Source: Fusobacteriota bacterium (lineage in GTDB: Bacteria; Fusobacteriota; Fusobacteriia; Fusobacteriales; JBNJFI01). From it: a stretch of DNA of 64,000 nt. The stretch covers positions 5,228-69,227 of the forward strand of contig JBNJFI010000003.1 in NCBI GenBank assembly GCA_051746725.1, written 5' to 3'. Both the position numbers and the translations under genes were made by a program. Below, in pieces: positions 46,198 through 56,556 of this stretch; the first letter of the stretch is position 1, and each line of letters starts with the position of its first letter. A model generated the notes under the pieces. That model did no database searches. It was not told the DNA's origin and was given only the letters and a program-made list of their open reading frames with translations.

Positions 46198-46869
46198 ATG
46201 ATAATTATGATTTCAGTCGAGGAAGTACAAAAAAATGAAGATGTAAAAACTTTAATTAAAAGAGCGGATTTATGTATGGAGGCAATTGGATATACAGAGC
46301 ATGGATTCCGGCATACCAAAATTGTTTCTAAAGTTTCAAAGAGAATTTTAGAAGAATTAGGTTATGATGAACGAAGTTGTGAATTAGCTGCTATAGCAGG
46401 TTATTTACACGATATAGGAAATGGAATTAATAGAGTGAATCATCCACATTATGGAGCTCTATTGAGTAAGGATATATTATCTGACATTGGAATGGGAATG
46501 GAAGAAATTTCATTAGTAATGTCAAGTATAGGAAGTCATGATGAAAGTTTTGGTGGGGAACCAGTAAGTCCGATTTCAGCGGCTTTAATATTAGCAGATA
46601 AAAGTGATGTGCATAGATCTAGAGTTAGGAGCACTGATCAATTATCTTTCGATATTCATGATAGAGTAAATTACGCAGTTATACATTCTAGGTTGAAAAT
46701 AAATAAAGAATCAAAAATAATAACACTAAAGTTATCTATAGATACTCAAATATCTCAAGTTATGGAGTATTTTGAAATATTTTTGTCTAGAATGGTTATT
46801 TCCAAAAAAGCAGCAGATTATCTAGGATGTAAGTTTAAATTAGAAATAAATGAGTCTAGTTTATTATAA
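46198..46869 (+). CDS. HD domain phosphohydrolase
   Basis: YTEHGFRH, LHDIGN, ILADKSD, HDRVNYAV. Confidence 0.88.
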   Translation: MIIMISVEEVQKNEDVKTLIKRADLCMEAIGYTEHGFRHTKIVSKVSKRILEELGYDERSCELAAIAGYLHDIGNGINRVNHPHYGALLSKDILSDIGMGMEEISLVMSSIGSHDESFGGEPVSPISAALILADKSDVHRSRVRSTDQLSFDIHDRVNYAVIHSRLKINKESKIITLKLSIDTQISQVMEYFEIFLSRMVISKKAADYLGCKFKLEINESSLL

Positions 46870-46898
46870 TTTTAATTAATTAAAATTTAGGAGGAACG

Positions 46899-47339
46899 AT
46901 GGAAGTACTTATTATAAATGGTGTTAACCTGAACCTTTTAGGAATTAGAGAACCTGATGTATATGGAACATTAAATCTAAAACAAATGGAATCAAAGATT
47001 AATGATCATGCTGAAAAATTAGGAATCGATTTAAAAACTTATCAAGGAAATACCGAAGGTGAAATAATAAAAAAAATTCATAAAGCTTATGAGGAAAAAA
47101 TCGATTATATAATAATAAACCCAGCAGCACATACTCATTATAGCATTGCAATTAGAGATGCATTATCTGGAGTTGATATTCCAACAATTGAAGTACATAT
47201 ATCAAATGTTTATAATAGAGAAGAGTTTAGAAAAAAATCGGTAATTGCTCCAGTATGCATAGGACAAATAACAGGCTTTTCTTATTATGGGTATTTAATG
47301 GCTCTTGATTATATAAATATGATTAACAAAACTAAATAA
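46899..47339 (+). CDS. aroQ: Type II 3-dehydroquinate dehydratase
   Basis: NLNLLGIREPDVYG, INPAAHTH, EVHISN...REEFR. Confidence 0.96.
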   Translation: MEVLIINGVNLNLLGIREPDVYGTLNLKQMESKINDHAEKLGIDLKTYQGNTEGEIIKKIHKAYEEKIDYIIINPAAHTHYSIAIRDALSGVDIPTIEVHISNVYNREEFRKKSVIAPVCIGQITGFSYYGYLMALDYINMINKTK

Positions 47340-47366
47340 ATACGATTAATAAAAAAAGAAAGAGGA

Positions 47367-48215
47367 TTGGATTTGAAAAATATTAAAAACATATCTTTAA
47401 ATATTCTCAATGGAATTATAATAGGAGGGGCTAATGTTATTCCAGGTGTTTCAGGAGGGACTTTAGCTTTTATTTTAGGAATATATGAACAATTAACTGA
47501 GTCAATAGGGGAGTTTTTTCAAAATAAATCAAAGCGAAAAGAATATATAAAATTTTTAGTTCAAATTTCTATTGGTGGAGTAATAGGGATTTTTTTATTT
47601 GCTAAAGTAATTGGTTTTTTATATTCTAATTATTCAGAATTTACTAATTTCTTTTTTGTTGGACTAATAATGTCTTCAATTCCATTTATAATAAAATCAA
47701 ATAAAAACATGGAAATAACGAAAGGGAAGTTTCTTTCTTTTTTGATAGGATTTTCTATAATAATTTTAATTAGTTATTCTAAATCAGATAATACTGATAT
47801 GATACATGCAAAAAATCCAGATTTTATAATTGATAATTTATATTTGCTGAAATTATTTTTTTGTGGTTGGATTGCAGCTGGAGCAATGGTTATACCTGGA
47901 ATTTCTGGATCTTTGTTATTGATTTTACTAGGTGAATATCAAAATATAATTTATTTTGTGAATTCTAGAAAATTTATTCCGATAATATTTATAGCTATAG
48001 GAGCAATCTTTGGAGTTTTATTTTTAGCTAAAATAATTGATAAATTATTAAAAAATCATCATTCATTAACCTTGTATTTTATAATAGGTCTTATAATTGC
48101 TTCTATTGGAGAAATATGGCCTAAAAATATAAATTGGGGTATTAATATATTTTTTGATATTATTTTGGTTCTTGTTGGTTTTGGAGTGGCATATTTATTA
48201 GAAAACCTAAATTAA
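47367..48215 (+). CDS. DUF368 domain membrane protein
   Basis: GGANVIPGVSGGTLA, AMVIPGISGS. Confidence 0.9.
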   Translation: MDLKNIKNISLNILNGIIIGGANVIPGVSGGTLAFILGIYEQLTESIGEFFQNKSKRKEYIKFLVQISIGGVIGIFLFAKVIGFLYSNYSEFTNFFFVGLIMSSIPFIIKSNKNMEITKGKFLSFLIGFSIIILISYSKSDNTDMIHAKNPDFIIDNLYLLKLFFCGWIAAGAMVIPGISGSLLLILLGEYQNIIYFVNSRKFIPIIFIAIGAIFGVLFLAKIIDKLLKNHHSLTLYFIIGLIIASIGEIWPKNINWGINIFFDIILVLVGFGVAYLLENLN

Positions 48216-48226
48216 AAGGAGGAAGT

Positions 48227-48640
48227 ATGAAACTTTTTAATAATAATATAACAGCTTTGGAAAAAAGTTTAGATGCATATTCTAAAAGATCAGACTTATT
48301 AGCAAATAATATAGCAAACGTAAATACTCCTAATTACAAAAGACAGGATATTCAATTTGAGAATATATTAAGTGATGCCATTTCTTCTGATGAAGGAGCC
48401 ACTATTTCGGGAAATGTAACTCAAAAAGGACATATTTCTATAAATCCAGAAACAAATTTAGAAAATGTTAAACCAAAATTAATTACAGAGCAAAACACAA
48501 AGATGCGAAATGATAAAAATAACGTAGATATTGAAAAAGAGCAGGCAGAATTTGCAAAGAATAATATCCGATATAAATTTGCAACAGGAAGATTAACTCA
48601 GGAATTTAGAATATTAAATACAGTAATTAAAACTAAATAA
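48227..48640 (+). CDS. flgB: Flagellar basal-body rod protein FlgB
   Basis: LANNIANVNTPNYKRQD, RNDKNNVDIEKE. Confidence 0.95.
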   Translation: MKLFNNNITALEKSLDAYSKRSDLLANNIANVNTPNYKRQDIQFENILSDAISSDEGATISGNVTQKGHISINPETNLENVKPKLITEQNTKMRNDKNNVDIEKEQAEFAKNNIRYKFATGRLTQEFRILNTVIKTK

Positions 48641-48665
48641 TTCTTTTGAAAAGGTGGTGATCTAA

Positions 48666-49109
48666 GTGGGAGTTTTTGATATGATGAATATAAGCTCATC
48701 AGGTTTAACTGCAGAAAGATTGAGAATGGATGTAATATCTGAGAATATTGCAAATGCTGATACCACAGTGACAGAAAGTGGAGAACCTTATAGAAAAAAA
48801 AATGTGGTTTTTGAGCAAAGAACTAAAAAAAGTTTTCAAATTCCAATGAATGATAATTCTTCTAAGGAAATGCAAGTAGGAAATGGTGTTCGAGTAAAAA
48901 AAATAGTTGAGGACAAGTCTCCTTTCAAAAAAGAATACAATCCAGGACATCCCAATGCAAATGAAGATGGATATGTAATGAAACCGAATGTTAGTGTAGT
49001 AAAAGAAATGACTGATATGATTACAGCTAGTAGAGCTTATGAAGCAAATGTAACAGTATTAAATAATGCAAAGGGAATGGCTAACGCGGCTTTGAATATA
49101 GGTAAATAA
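48666..49109 (+). CDS. flgC: Flagellar basal-body rod protein FlgC
   Basis: SGLTAERLRMDVISENIANADT, YNPGHPNA..GYV..PNV, ASRAYEAN. Confidence 0.96.
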   Translation: MGVFDMMNISSSGLTAERLRMDVISENIANADTTVTESGEPYRKKNVVFEQRTKKSFQIPMNDNSSKEMQVGNGVRVKKIVEDKSPFKKEYNPGHPNANEDGYVMKPNVSVVKEMTDMITASRAYEANVTVLNNAKGMANAALNIGK

Positions 49110-49150
49110 ATAATAATAGGTTTTATAAAAAGTAGGGGGGATAAGATCTA

Positions 49151-49441
49151 ATGAAGATAAACAACCTTGGAATTCAGGACCTAGTAAAATTAAATCAAAA
49201 AAAGAACGTTAAAAAAAATGATGAAAATTTTGGTGATATTTTAAATAATGAATTAGAAAGTGCTAATAATTTGAAAAAATCGGCAAATAAGGCCAATCAA
49301 GCATTTCTAACTGGAAAATCTAATAACTTACATGAAGTGATGATTGCAGGGCAGAAAGCTGAAACCGCAATCTCTTTTGTGGTTGAAGTAAAAAATAGAA
49401 TTGTAGATGCATATAAGGAATTTGCAAGAATGCAAGTTTAA
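49151..49441 (+). CDS. fliE: Flagellar hook-basal body protein FliE
   Basis: LHEVMIA.QKA......EVKNRIVDAYKEF.RMQV. Confidence 0.93.
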   Translation: MKINNLGIQDLVKLNQKKNVKKNDENFGDILNNELESANNLKKSANKANQAFLTGKSNNLHEVMIAGQKAETAISFVVEVKNRIVDAYKEFARMQV

Positions 49442-49455
49442 TTTGGAGGAGTTAA

Positions 49456-51051
49456 ATGGAATGGTTTGAGAAGATAAAAAAAAGTTTTTTAGAAATATGG
49501 AATAAACTAAATAAAGCTCAAAAGATCATAATTTCTGCTGGGGTAGGATTATTTTTAATTTTTGTAATTATTTTATCTATAGCTTCTAACCGAGTAAATT
49601 ATGTTCCTTTGTTTACAGAATTAACAGCACAAGATGCAGCTAAAGTAAGGGAAAATTTGGATAAATCAGGGATACCATATAAATTTTCTGGTTCAACAAT
49701 TGAAGTTCCAGAGGAGCAGAAATATTCGGCAAGACTGGACTTAGCTAGAGATGGTGCTCTGCCTACAGGGGGAAGTGTAGGATTTGAAATTTTTGATAAT
49801 ACTAAAATAGGAGCTACAAAATTTGATAAAGAGATGATGTTTTTGCGGGCTCAAAAAGGAGAACTAGAAAAAACTATATCTAATTTGAGTAAAATAAAGC
49901 GAACTTCTGTGACAATAACACCTTCCAATGGATCAGTTTTTGCAGAAGAAAAGACTGATGCTAAAGCATCGATTTTAGTTCAATTAGAACCATTTGAATC
50001 TTTGAAACCTGAGAACGTTAAAAGTATTATGTTATTGGCTTTAAGTGCAGTTGAAGATCTTCATACAGATAATATAGAGGTTATTGATACAGAAGGAAAT
50101 GTTTTATCTGATCAGGTTGAGTTTGAAGAAGATAGCAGTGTTGAAGCTTCTAATAAAAAGTTAGATTTACAAAAAAATATAGAAAAAGAGTTAGAAAGAA
50201 ATATCAAAGGAGTTTTAAGTGCTCTTGGTGGTGGGAATTATAGGGTGAAAGTTTCAGCAGAACTGGATTTTGATAAACAATCTATGGTCAAAGAAGAATA
50301 TACTACCCCTACTATATCTGGAGATCAAATAGCTCAAGGTTTAATTCGGAGTCAACAGGTTGAAAAAGAGGAAGTTAGAAGTGATACAGATGAGAATTCT
50401 CAAGGAGTTCCTGGGACTGATTCCAATGTCCCTGGGTATGTAGGTGAAGATTCTGAAGATGGAGAAAACGGATACTCTAAAGAAAAAAACACAGTAAACT
50501 ATGAGATGAATAAAACTAACACAACTTTTGAAAAATCAACAGGTGTCATAAAAAGATTAACAACCTCAATAGTTTTAAACAAAAAAGCAAATTATTTTAA
50601 TAATAGCGAATTTACTGAGGAAGTAAAAGTAAATTTTGAAAATATGGTAAAAAATGCAATAAATTTTAATGAAAATAGAGGAGATTCAATTAATGTTACA
50701 GCTATAGAATTTAATACTGAAACAATAGATAGATTTCAAGAAGAGATTGAAAGTAGAGAAAAATTACAACAAAGGATATTGCTTGGTGTAGTTATAATAA
50801 TTGGGTTAGCTGTTTTATTTGGATTAATTACATTTATTAGAAGAAAAATTGCTGAAAAGAAATTAAGAGAAAGAGAGAAACGTGAAATGGAAGAGATGAT
50901 TCCAGACTTTGAAACAGAAGGAATATTAGGCGAACAGTTATCCGTTGAAGAGCAAGAACGAAAAGAACAAGAAGAAGGTATAAAAGGATTAGCAAAAAAA
51001 CAACCAGAAGATGTTGCTAATTTAATACAAACGTGGTTGACTGAAGAATAA
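49456..51051 (+). CDS. fliF: Flagellar MS-ring protein FliF
   Basis: Two TM segments; GSVGFEIFD, GELEKTI, VPG..SNVPGY, NYE, RGDSINV, WLTE. Confidence 0.93.
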   Translation: MEWFEKIKKSFLEIWNKLNKAQKIIISAGVGLFLIFVIILSIASNRVNYVPLFTELTAQDAAKVRENLDKSGIPYKFSGSTIEVPEEQKYSARLDLARDGALPTGGSVGFEIFDNTKIGATKFDKEMMFLRAQKGELEKTISNLSKIKRTSVTITPSNGSVFAEEKTDAKASILVQLEPFESLKPENVKSIMLLALSAVEDLHTDNIEVIDTEGNVLSDQVEFEEDSSVEASNKKLDLQKNIEKELERNIKGVLSALGGGNYRVKVSAELDFDKQSMVKEEYTTPTISGDQIAQGLIRSQQVEKEEVRSDTDENSQGVPGTDSNVPGYVGEDSEDGENGYSKEKNTVNYEMNKTNTTFEKSTGVIKRLTTSIVLNKKANYFNNSEFTEEVKVNFENMVKNAINFNENRGDSINVTAIEFNTETIDRFQEEIESREKLQQRILLGVVIIIGLAVLFGLITFIRRKIAEKKLREREKREMEEMIPDFETEGILGEQLSVEEQERKEQEEGIKGLAKKQPEDVANLIQTWLTEE

Positions 51052-51068
51052 GGAAATGGAGTGAAATT

Positions 51069-52082
51069 ATGGCAAAAAAGAATGATACTCTAACAGGAAA
51101 ACAAAAATCCGCAATATTATTGATATCATTAGGTCAGGATATTGCTTCTGAAGTTTTTAAACACTTAGAGGAAGATCAAATAGAACAATTAACATTAGAA
51201 ATTGCAAGATTACATAAAATTGACTCTGAAACAAAAGATAAAGTTTTTGAAGAATTTAATGAATTAATGGTTGCTCAACAATATATTTCTCAAGGTGGAA
51301 TAAGTTATGCTAAAGATATTTTAGAAAAAGCCATGGGAGAAGATAGAGCTTTAAGTGTAATAAAAAAATTAACTAGTTCTCTTCAAGTTAAACCATTTGA
51401 TTTTATTCAAAGAACCGAATCAAGACAGATTTTAAACTTTATATCTGGAGAACATCCGCAAACAATTGCTCTGATAATTTCTTATCTATCAGCTGAAAAG
51501 GCTGCTCAGATAATATCGGAAATACCTGAGGATAAACAATCTGAAATTGCTAAAAGGATTGCATTAATGGATAGAACTTCTCCCGAAATGATCCGTGAAG
51601 TGGAAAGAGTATTGGAAAGAAAAATTTCATCTATTGCTGGAGAAGATTATACTTCAACAGGTGGCTTAGAATCAGTTGTTGATATATTGAATAATGTAGA
51701 TAGAGGAACGGAAAAAACTATTTTGGAATCTCTAGAAGATCAAGAGCCAGAATTAGCAGAAGAAATCAAAAAACAGATGTTTGTATTTGAAGATATCACT
51801 TTATTGGATGATCCTGGAATTCAACTTGTATTACGTAAGGTAGAAAATAAAGATCTTTCGCTAGCTCTTAAAGGCTCTAGTGAGGAAGTTAAAGAAAAAA
51901 TACTTGCAAATATGTCCAAGAATGCGTCTGAAAGGCTTAGAGATGACATGGAATATATGGGTCCTGTGAGAGTTAAAGATGTAGAAGAAGCTCAACAAAA
52001 AATTGTAAATTCTATCAGAAAATTAGAAGATCAGGGTGAAATCGTTATTGCAAGAGGAAATGAGGATGAGATGATTGTTTAA
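51069..52082 (+). CDS. fliG: Flagellar motor switch protein FliG
   Basis: LTGKQKSAILL, GGISYA, EHPQTIA, MFVFED, MGPVRVKDVEEAQQ. Confidence 0.97.
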   Translation: MAKKNDTLTGKQKSAILLISLGQDIASEVFKHLEEDQIEQLTLEIARLHKIDSETKDKVFEEFNELMVAQQYISQGGISYAKDILEKAMGEDRALSVIKKLTSSLQVKPFDFIQRTESRQILNFISGEHPQTIALIISYLSAEKAAQIISEIPEDKQSEIAKRIALMDRTSPEMIREVERVLERKISSIAGEDYTSTGGLESVVDILNNVDRGTEKTILESLEDQEPELAEEIKKQMFVFEDITLLDDPGIQLVLRKVENKDLSLALKGSSEEVKEKILANMSKNASERLRDDMEYMGPVRVKDVEEAQQKIVNSIRKLEDQGEIVIARGNEDEMIV

Positions 52083-52890
52083 TGTAATTAAAGGGGAACT
52101 TGTAAAAACATCAGATCCTGTAATGATAAAAAATGGTAAAAAACAAGAAGTTGATAAAGAGAAAAATGATAGAGAAAAAGAAAAAACAATAGATAAACTA
52201 CAAAGGAAAATAGAAAAAAAAGAAAAAGAGTTAAAGGAAAAGTCAAAAAAGCTTTCAGAAATAGAAAAACAAATTTCTAATAAAACACAAGAAAATCAAA
52301 AAAAAGCTCAGCAAATATTAGATGATGCCCAAGAAAAAATTAAGTATGAAAAAGAGGTCAATCAAAAAAGGGGATATCAAGATGGATATCAAGAAGGAAT
52401 AAAAAAAGGAGAAGAAGAAGTAATAGAAAAGGGACAACAATTATTTATCCGCGCTCAATCTATAATAGATGAAGCGCTAAATATAAAGAAAAAGGTTTTA
52501 GAAGATAACAGTAAAGACATTTTAGAACTGGCACTAAAAATTGCAAAAAAGATAATAAAAAAAGAAGTAGAAAAAGATCGAGATATAGTTCAAAGGAATT
52601 TAGATGAAGCTATAAAGAAAATCCCTATAAGTAAAAAAATAACTATAATTTTAAATTGGGAAGATTTAGAGTATATTAAAGAAATCAAAGATGATTTGAT
52701 TTCTAAGATACAAGGAGTAGATGAAATTGATATCACAGAGGATCCATCTTTAAATAAAGGAGGCTGCATTTTGGAAACGAGCATTGGGACTATTGATGCT
52801 TCAATTAATTCTCAAATGGAAATTTTATATAATAAATTATTAAATATAGAAAAAAATGAAAATAAGAAAACTGAGGATGGAAGTGAATAA
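52075..52890 (+). CDS. fliH: Flagellar assembly protein FliH
   Basis: GYQDGYQEGIKKG repeats, GGCILETSIGTIDAS; position between fliG and fliI. Confidence 0.9.
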   Translation: MFNVIKGELVKTSDPVMIKNGKKQEVDKEKNDREKEKTIDKLQRKIEKKEKELKEKSKKLSEIEKQISNKTQENQKKAQQILDDAQEKIKYEKEVNQKRGYQDGYQEGIKKGEEEVIEKGQQLFIRAQSIIDEALNIKKKVLEDNSKDILELALKIAKKIIKKEVEKDRDIVQRNLDEAIKKIPISKKITIILNWEDLEYIKEIKDDLISKIQGVDEIDITEDPSLNKGGCILETSIGTIDASINSQMEILYNKLLNIEKNENKKTEDGSE

Positions 52891-52893
52891 TAC

Positions 52894-54207
52894 TTGGATA
52901 TTACAAAATATATTAAGGCTATTGAAGAGATAGATACAATTCATATGAATGGAAAAGTTGTAAGAGTCATAGGATTAATAATAGAATCAGAAGGACCAAT
53001 AGTGAAACTTGGAGAACATTGTTATATTAAAATGTTAAATAAAGATGAACATATTGATGCTGAAGTAGTTGGGTTTAGCTCGGACAAAATATTACTTATG
53101 CCACTGGGAGAAATGACCGGTATAGGTCACGGGTGTGAAGTCGTAGCTACAGGAAAACAACTTCAGATACCAGTTAGTGAAAAATTACTAGGAAGAGTGC
53201 TAGATGGTTTAGGTAGACCTATAGATAGCAAAGGACAAATAATGACATCTGATACTGCAAAATTGGAAAGCCCTCCTCCTAATCCTTTGGATAGAGATAG
53301 AATTTCTAAACCATTATCGATAGGAGTAAAAGCTATTGATGGATTATTAACCTGTGGAAAAGGTCAAAGATTAGGTATTTTTGCAGGAAGTGGTGTTGGA
53401 AAAAGTACATTACTTGGGATGATTGCAAGAAATAGCTCGGCAGATATAAATGTAATAGGATTGATTGGAGAGAGAGGCCGAGAAGTGCGTGAGTTTATTG
53501 AAAAAGATTTAGGAGAAGAAGGATTAAAAAAATCAGTAGTGGTAGTAGCGACTTCCGATCAGCCTGCATTAGTGAGATTAAAGGGAGCTTTAACAGCAAC
53601 TGCAATTGCGGAGTATTTTAGAGATCAAGGAAAAGATGTTATGCTAATGATGGATTCACTAACAAGATTTGCAATGGCACAGAGAGAAGTGGGGCTTGCT
53701 ACAGGAGAGCCTCCAACAACTAAAGGTTATACTCCATCGGTATTTGCTTTACTTCCTAAGTTACTAGAAAGGAGCGGAAATTCTGATAAGGGAACTATTA
53801 CTGGATTATATACTGTTTTAGTGGAAGGTGATGATATGGATGAGCCTATTGCTGATGCTGTTAGAGGTATTTTAGATGGACATATTGTTTTATCAAGAAA
53901 GTTAGCTTCAAAAGGACACTATCCTGCTATAGATGTATTAGAAAGTGTTTCTAGAGTCATGCCACAGATAATATCAGATGAACATTTAAAAAATTCTCAA
54001 CAAATACGAGAAATATTAGCTAATTATGATGAAGTTGAGGATCTTTTGAATATAGGAGCTTATCAAAAAGGGAATAATCCCAAGGCAGATTATGCTGTTG
54101 AAAATATTGGAAAAGTAAAGAATTTTTTAACTCAAGATGTAATGAAAAAAACTGAATTAAATGATACAGAGGATAAGATGAATAAATTATTAAAAAAAGA
54201 GGAGTAG
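52894..54207 (+). CDS. fliI: Flagellar export ATPase FliI
   Basis: GIFAGSGVGKSTLLGM, LIGERGREV, MDSLTRFAMAQREV, LDGHIVLSR. Confidence 0.97.
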   Translation: MDITKYIKAIEEIDTIHMNGKVVRVIGLIIESEGPIVKLGEHCYIKMLNKDEHIDAEVVGFSSDKILLMPLGEMTGIGHGCEVVATGKQLQIPVSEKLLGRVLDGLGRPIDSKGQIMTSDTAKLESPPPNPLDRDRISKPLSIGVKAIDGLLTCGKGQRLGIFAGSGVGKSTLLGMIARNSSADINVIGLIGERGREVREFIEKDLGEEGLKKSVVVVATSDQPALVRLKGALTATAIAEYFRDQGKDVMLMMDSLTRFAMAQREVGLATGEPPTTKGYTPSVFALLPKLLERSGNSDKGTITGLYTVLVEGDDMDEPIADAVRGILDGHIVLSRKLASKGHYPAIDVLESVSRVMPQIISDEHLKNSQQIREILANYDEVEDLLNIGAYQKGNNPKADYAVENIGKVKNFLTQDVMKKTELNDTEDKMNKLLKKEE

Positions 54208-54210
54208 ATT

Positions 54211-56109
54211 ATGAAAAAAATCATGTTAGGAATAGCTTTAGTGTTTTTTATATTTGGATGTAGTAATGACCCAATAACAACTAAAGAACAGGTAAAACAA
54301 GTAAATCAGAAAGATAATTTATCCCAAAATGAATATAAAGAACTTATAGATATATTTAGAGGTGAAAATTATGAGCAGGATTTAAGATTGCTAGCTATGA
54401 ATACACTAAAGAATCATAATTATCCTAAAATGAAAGAATTAATTGAAAATTCTTTGAAAAGTTCTAATAATAAATTAAAATCTGAATTAATAGAGGAAAG
54501 CTTAAATTATGATAATTTTGATTATGAAAAAAAAATAAAAAATGAAATATTGTATAAATTAATTGAAAATAAAAATTATAAAGATTTTTTTAGAATATAT
54601 TCCAATGAAGAATTGGATCTGACTCATGAACAACTGAAGAAGTTATTTGAAAATGTCGCTTTCAAAAAAGATCTAAAAAATATACTAAACTTAATTAATT
54701 TTAATAAAGATTATGAGATATTTTTTGAAAGTTTAAATAAATATTTTGATTTAACATATGATTACTTTGAAACCTTAGATCATGAATGGTTAAGACGATC
54801 TTTATCTAACAATTTTAAATTATTAGATAACTATATTTCTAAAATTAATGAAGAAAATTATGAAAAATATAAAACTTTTTTGTTAAAAGGCATAAATAGT
54901 CTATCGAGAAATAATCAAAAAAGATTAGCAGACTTGATATGTAAATATGACTCTCCAAAGGAGTTTTTATTATCAGACAACTATTTTTTGCAGAAAAAAG
55001 CCATTGGAGAATTTGGACGTAAAGAAAGTTTAAAATTTTATAATAATATACAAAATGATAGTTATGAAAAATATAGAGGATTAATATTATTAGGAGAAGC
55101 CGAATACGAAGATGTTTTAACAGCATTTCGAAAAAACAATGAAATTGAATACCTTAGTTTAATTATTTTTTTAAGTAGTGAAAATATAGAAGAAATTTTA
55201 GAAAAGTCTCTTCATAAATTATCATTAGCTGAAAAAAAACAAGCAATTAAAATGATGCATAATAGCAAAATTGATGATCAAAAATTAGCAGAAGTATTAT
55301 TTATTGCTTTAGATATAGAAGAAAATATAGAGGCTAGAATTATATATGAAAGTGTAATTTTAGAAATTAGTCCTGATAATCTTCTAAGATTATTTAGAAA
55401 AATAATGATGGAAGATAAGTATTCGAATTTAGAAAAATCTAATATAATGCAATATTTAGTTAATATAGAAAATGAAAATTTAAAATCTAGATTATTAAAA
55501 ATTGGAGAGCATAACATATATTCTTTGACTCGAGAAAAAGAAGATGAGATACTATTATTATCTAAAAAAGTTAAATTATGGAAAGATTATTTATCTGAAA
55601 TTCCAAATAGTTCTTATGAAAGCGAGATCCAAAATAAGATACAAAAATATAAATCAAGATTAGAAGATATCAAAAAAGAAATTGATCTATCAACTAACAT
55701 AAATCATCTTGATGAAAAAATATTTGAACTTCAAGAATCGATTTTCAATGAAGAAGATACAAAGAAGAAAAAGGTCTATAGATCGCAACTAGAACAACTA
55801 AAGTTGGAAAAAGAAAAATATTTAAAAAAGAAAAATCAGTCAATAGAAGAAAGACTAGAAAATTTAGAAGAAGAGTATATATATTATAAAGAAAAAGTTA
55901 GTGGAATAAATCAGGAAATATATTACGCAAGAATCGAAGAAGATGAAGAACTATTAGATAGCTTGAAAAAACAAAAAACAAAAAATATGATTAAAATGCA
56001 AACCAGTCTAGAAAAATTAAGATATTTATATGGAGAATATTTAGAAACAGATATTGATCCAATGGAAATATTAGATCTTGATACTATTAATGCGTTAAAA
56101 GGAAGATAA
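54211..56109 (+). CDS. Unknown lipoprotein (helical repeats plus C-terminal coiled coil) inside flagellar operon
   Basis: Lipobox IFG-C17 after MKK plus hydrophobic core; alpha-helical K/E/L-rich body; abuts fliI (3 bp) and fliJ (0 bp). Confidence 0.8.
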   Translation: MKKIMLGIALVFFIFGCSNDPITTKEQVKQVNQKDNLSQNEYKELIDIFRGENYEQDLRLLAMNTLKNHNYPKMKELIENSLKSSNNKLKSELIEESLNYDNFDYEKKIKNEILYKLIENKNYKDFFRIYSNEELDLTHEQLKKLFENVAFKKDLKNILNLINFNKDYEIFFESLNKYFDLTYDYFETLDHEWLRRSLSNNFKLLDNYISKINEENYEKYKTFLLKGINSLSRNNQKRLADLICKYDSPKEFLLSDNYFLQKKAIGEFGRKESLKFYNNIQNDSYEKYRGLILLGEAEYEDVLTAFRKNNEIEYLSLIIFLSSENIEEILEKSLHKLSLAEKKQAIKMMHNSKIDDQKLAEVLFIALDIEENIEARIIYESVILEISPDNLLRLFRKIMMEDKYSNLEKSNIMQYLVNIENENLKSRLLKIGEHNIYSLTREKEDEILLLSKKVKLWKDYLSEIPNSSYESEIQNKIQKYKSRLEDIKKEIDLSTNINHLDEKIFELQESIFNEEDTKKKKVYRSQLEQLKLEKEKYLKKKNQSIEERLENLEEEYIYYKEKVSGINQEIYYARIEEDEELLDSLKKQKTKNMIKMQTSLEKLRYLYGEYLETDIDPMEILDLDTINALKGR

Positions 56110-56556
56110 ATGTTCAAATTTAAATATTCAAAGGCATTAGAAATTAAAGAGAAAAAAAAGAAAAAAACCAGACTTGAGTTAGAAAAGATTAATTCTAAGT
56201 TACTAAAGGAGAAATCTAAACTAAAAAATAACAAAATGGAATATCAAAATTATTTAAAAAAATCTAAAAAATTAAAAAAAGGAAAACTTGATATTCAATC
56301 TTTAAAACAAGGTGAAAATGTAAGAAAAAGATATAAAAAAGAGAATTTAAGGATTACAAACGAAATAAATAAGTTAGATAAAAAATATTCTGAGGTAAAG
56401 GAAAAACTAATTAAAGCCAATAAAGAAGAAAAAATATTTAAAAAATTAAAAGAAAAAGATTATAATAAGTATAAAGAAAAACAGAAAAAGAAAGAACAAA
56501 CTTTTTTGGATGAAATAAATACAAGTAAATATAATAGGAGTAATGACAATGGCTAA
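56110..56556 (+). CDS. fliJ: Flagellar export protein FliJ
   Basis: MFKFKYSKAL.IKE, coiled coil, EEKIFKKLKEK, EQ.FLDE; ~148 aa; position in operon. Confidence 0.8.
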   Translation: MFKFKYSKALEIKEKKKKKTRLELEKINSKLLKEKSKLKNNKMEYQNYLKKSKKLKKGKLDIQSLKQGENVRKRYKKENLRITNEINKLDKKYSEVKEKLIKANKEEKIFKKLKEKDYNKYKEKQKKKEQTFLDEINTSKYNRSNDNG

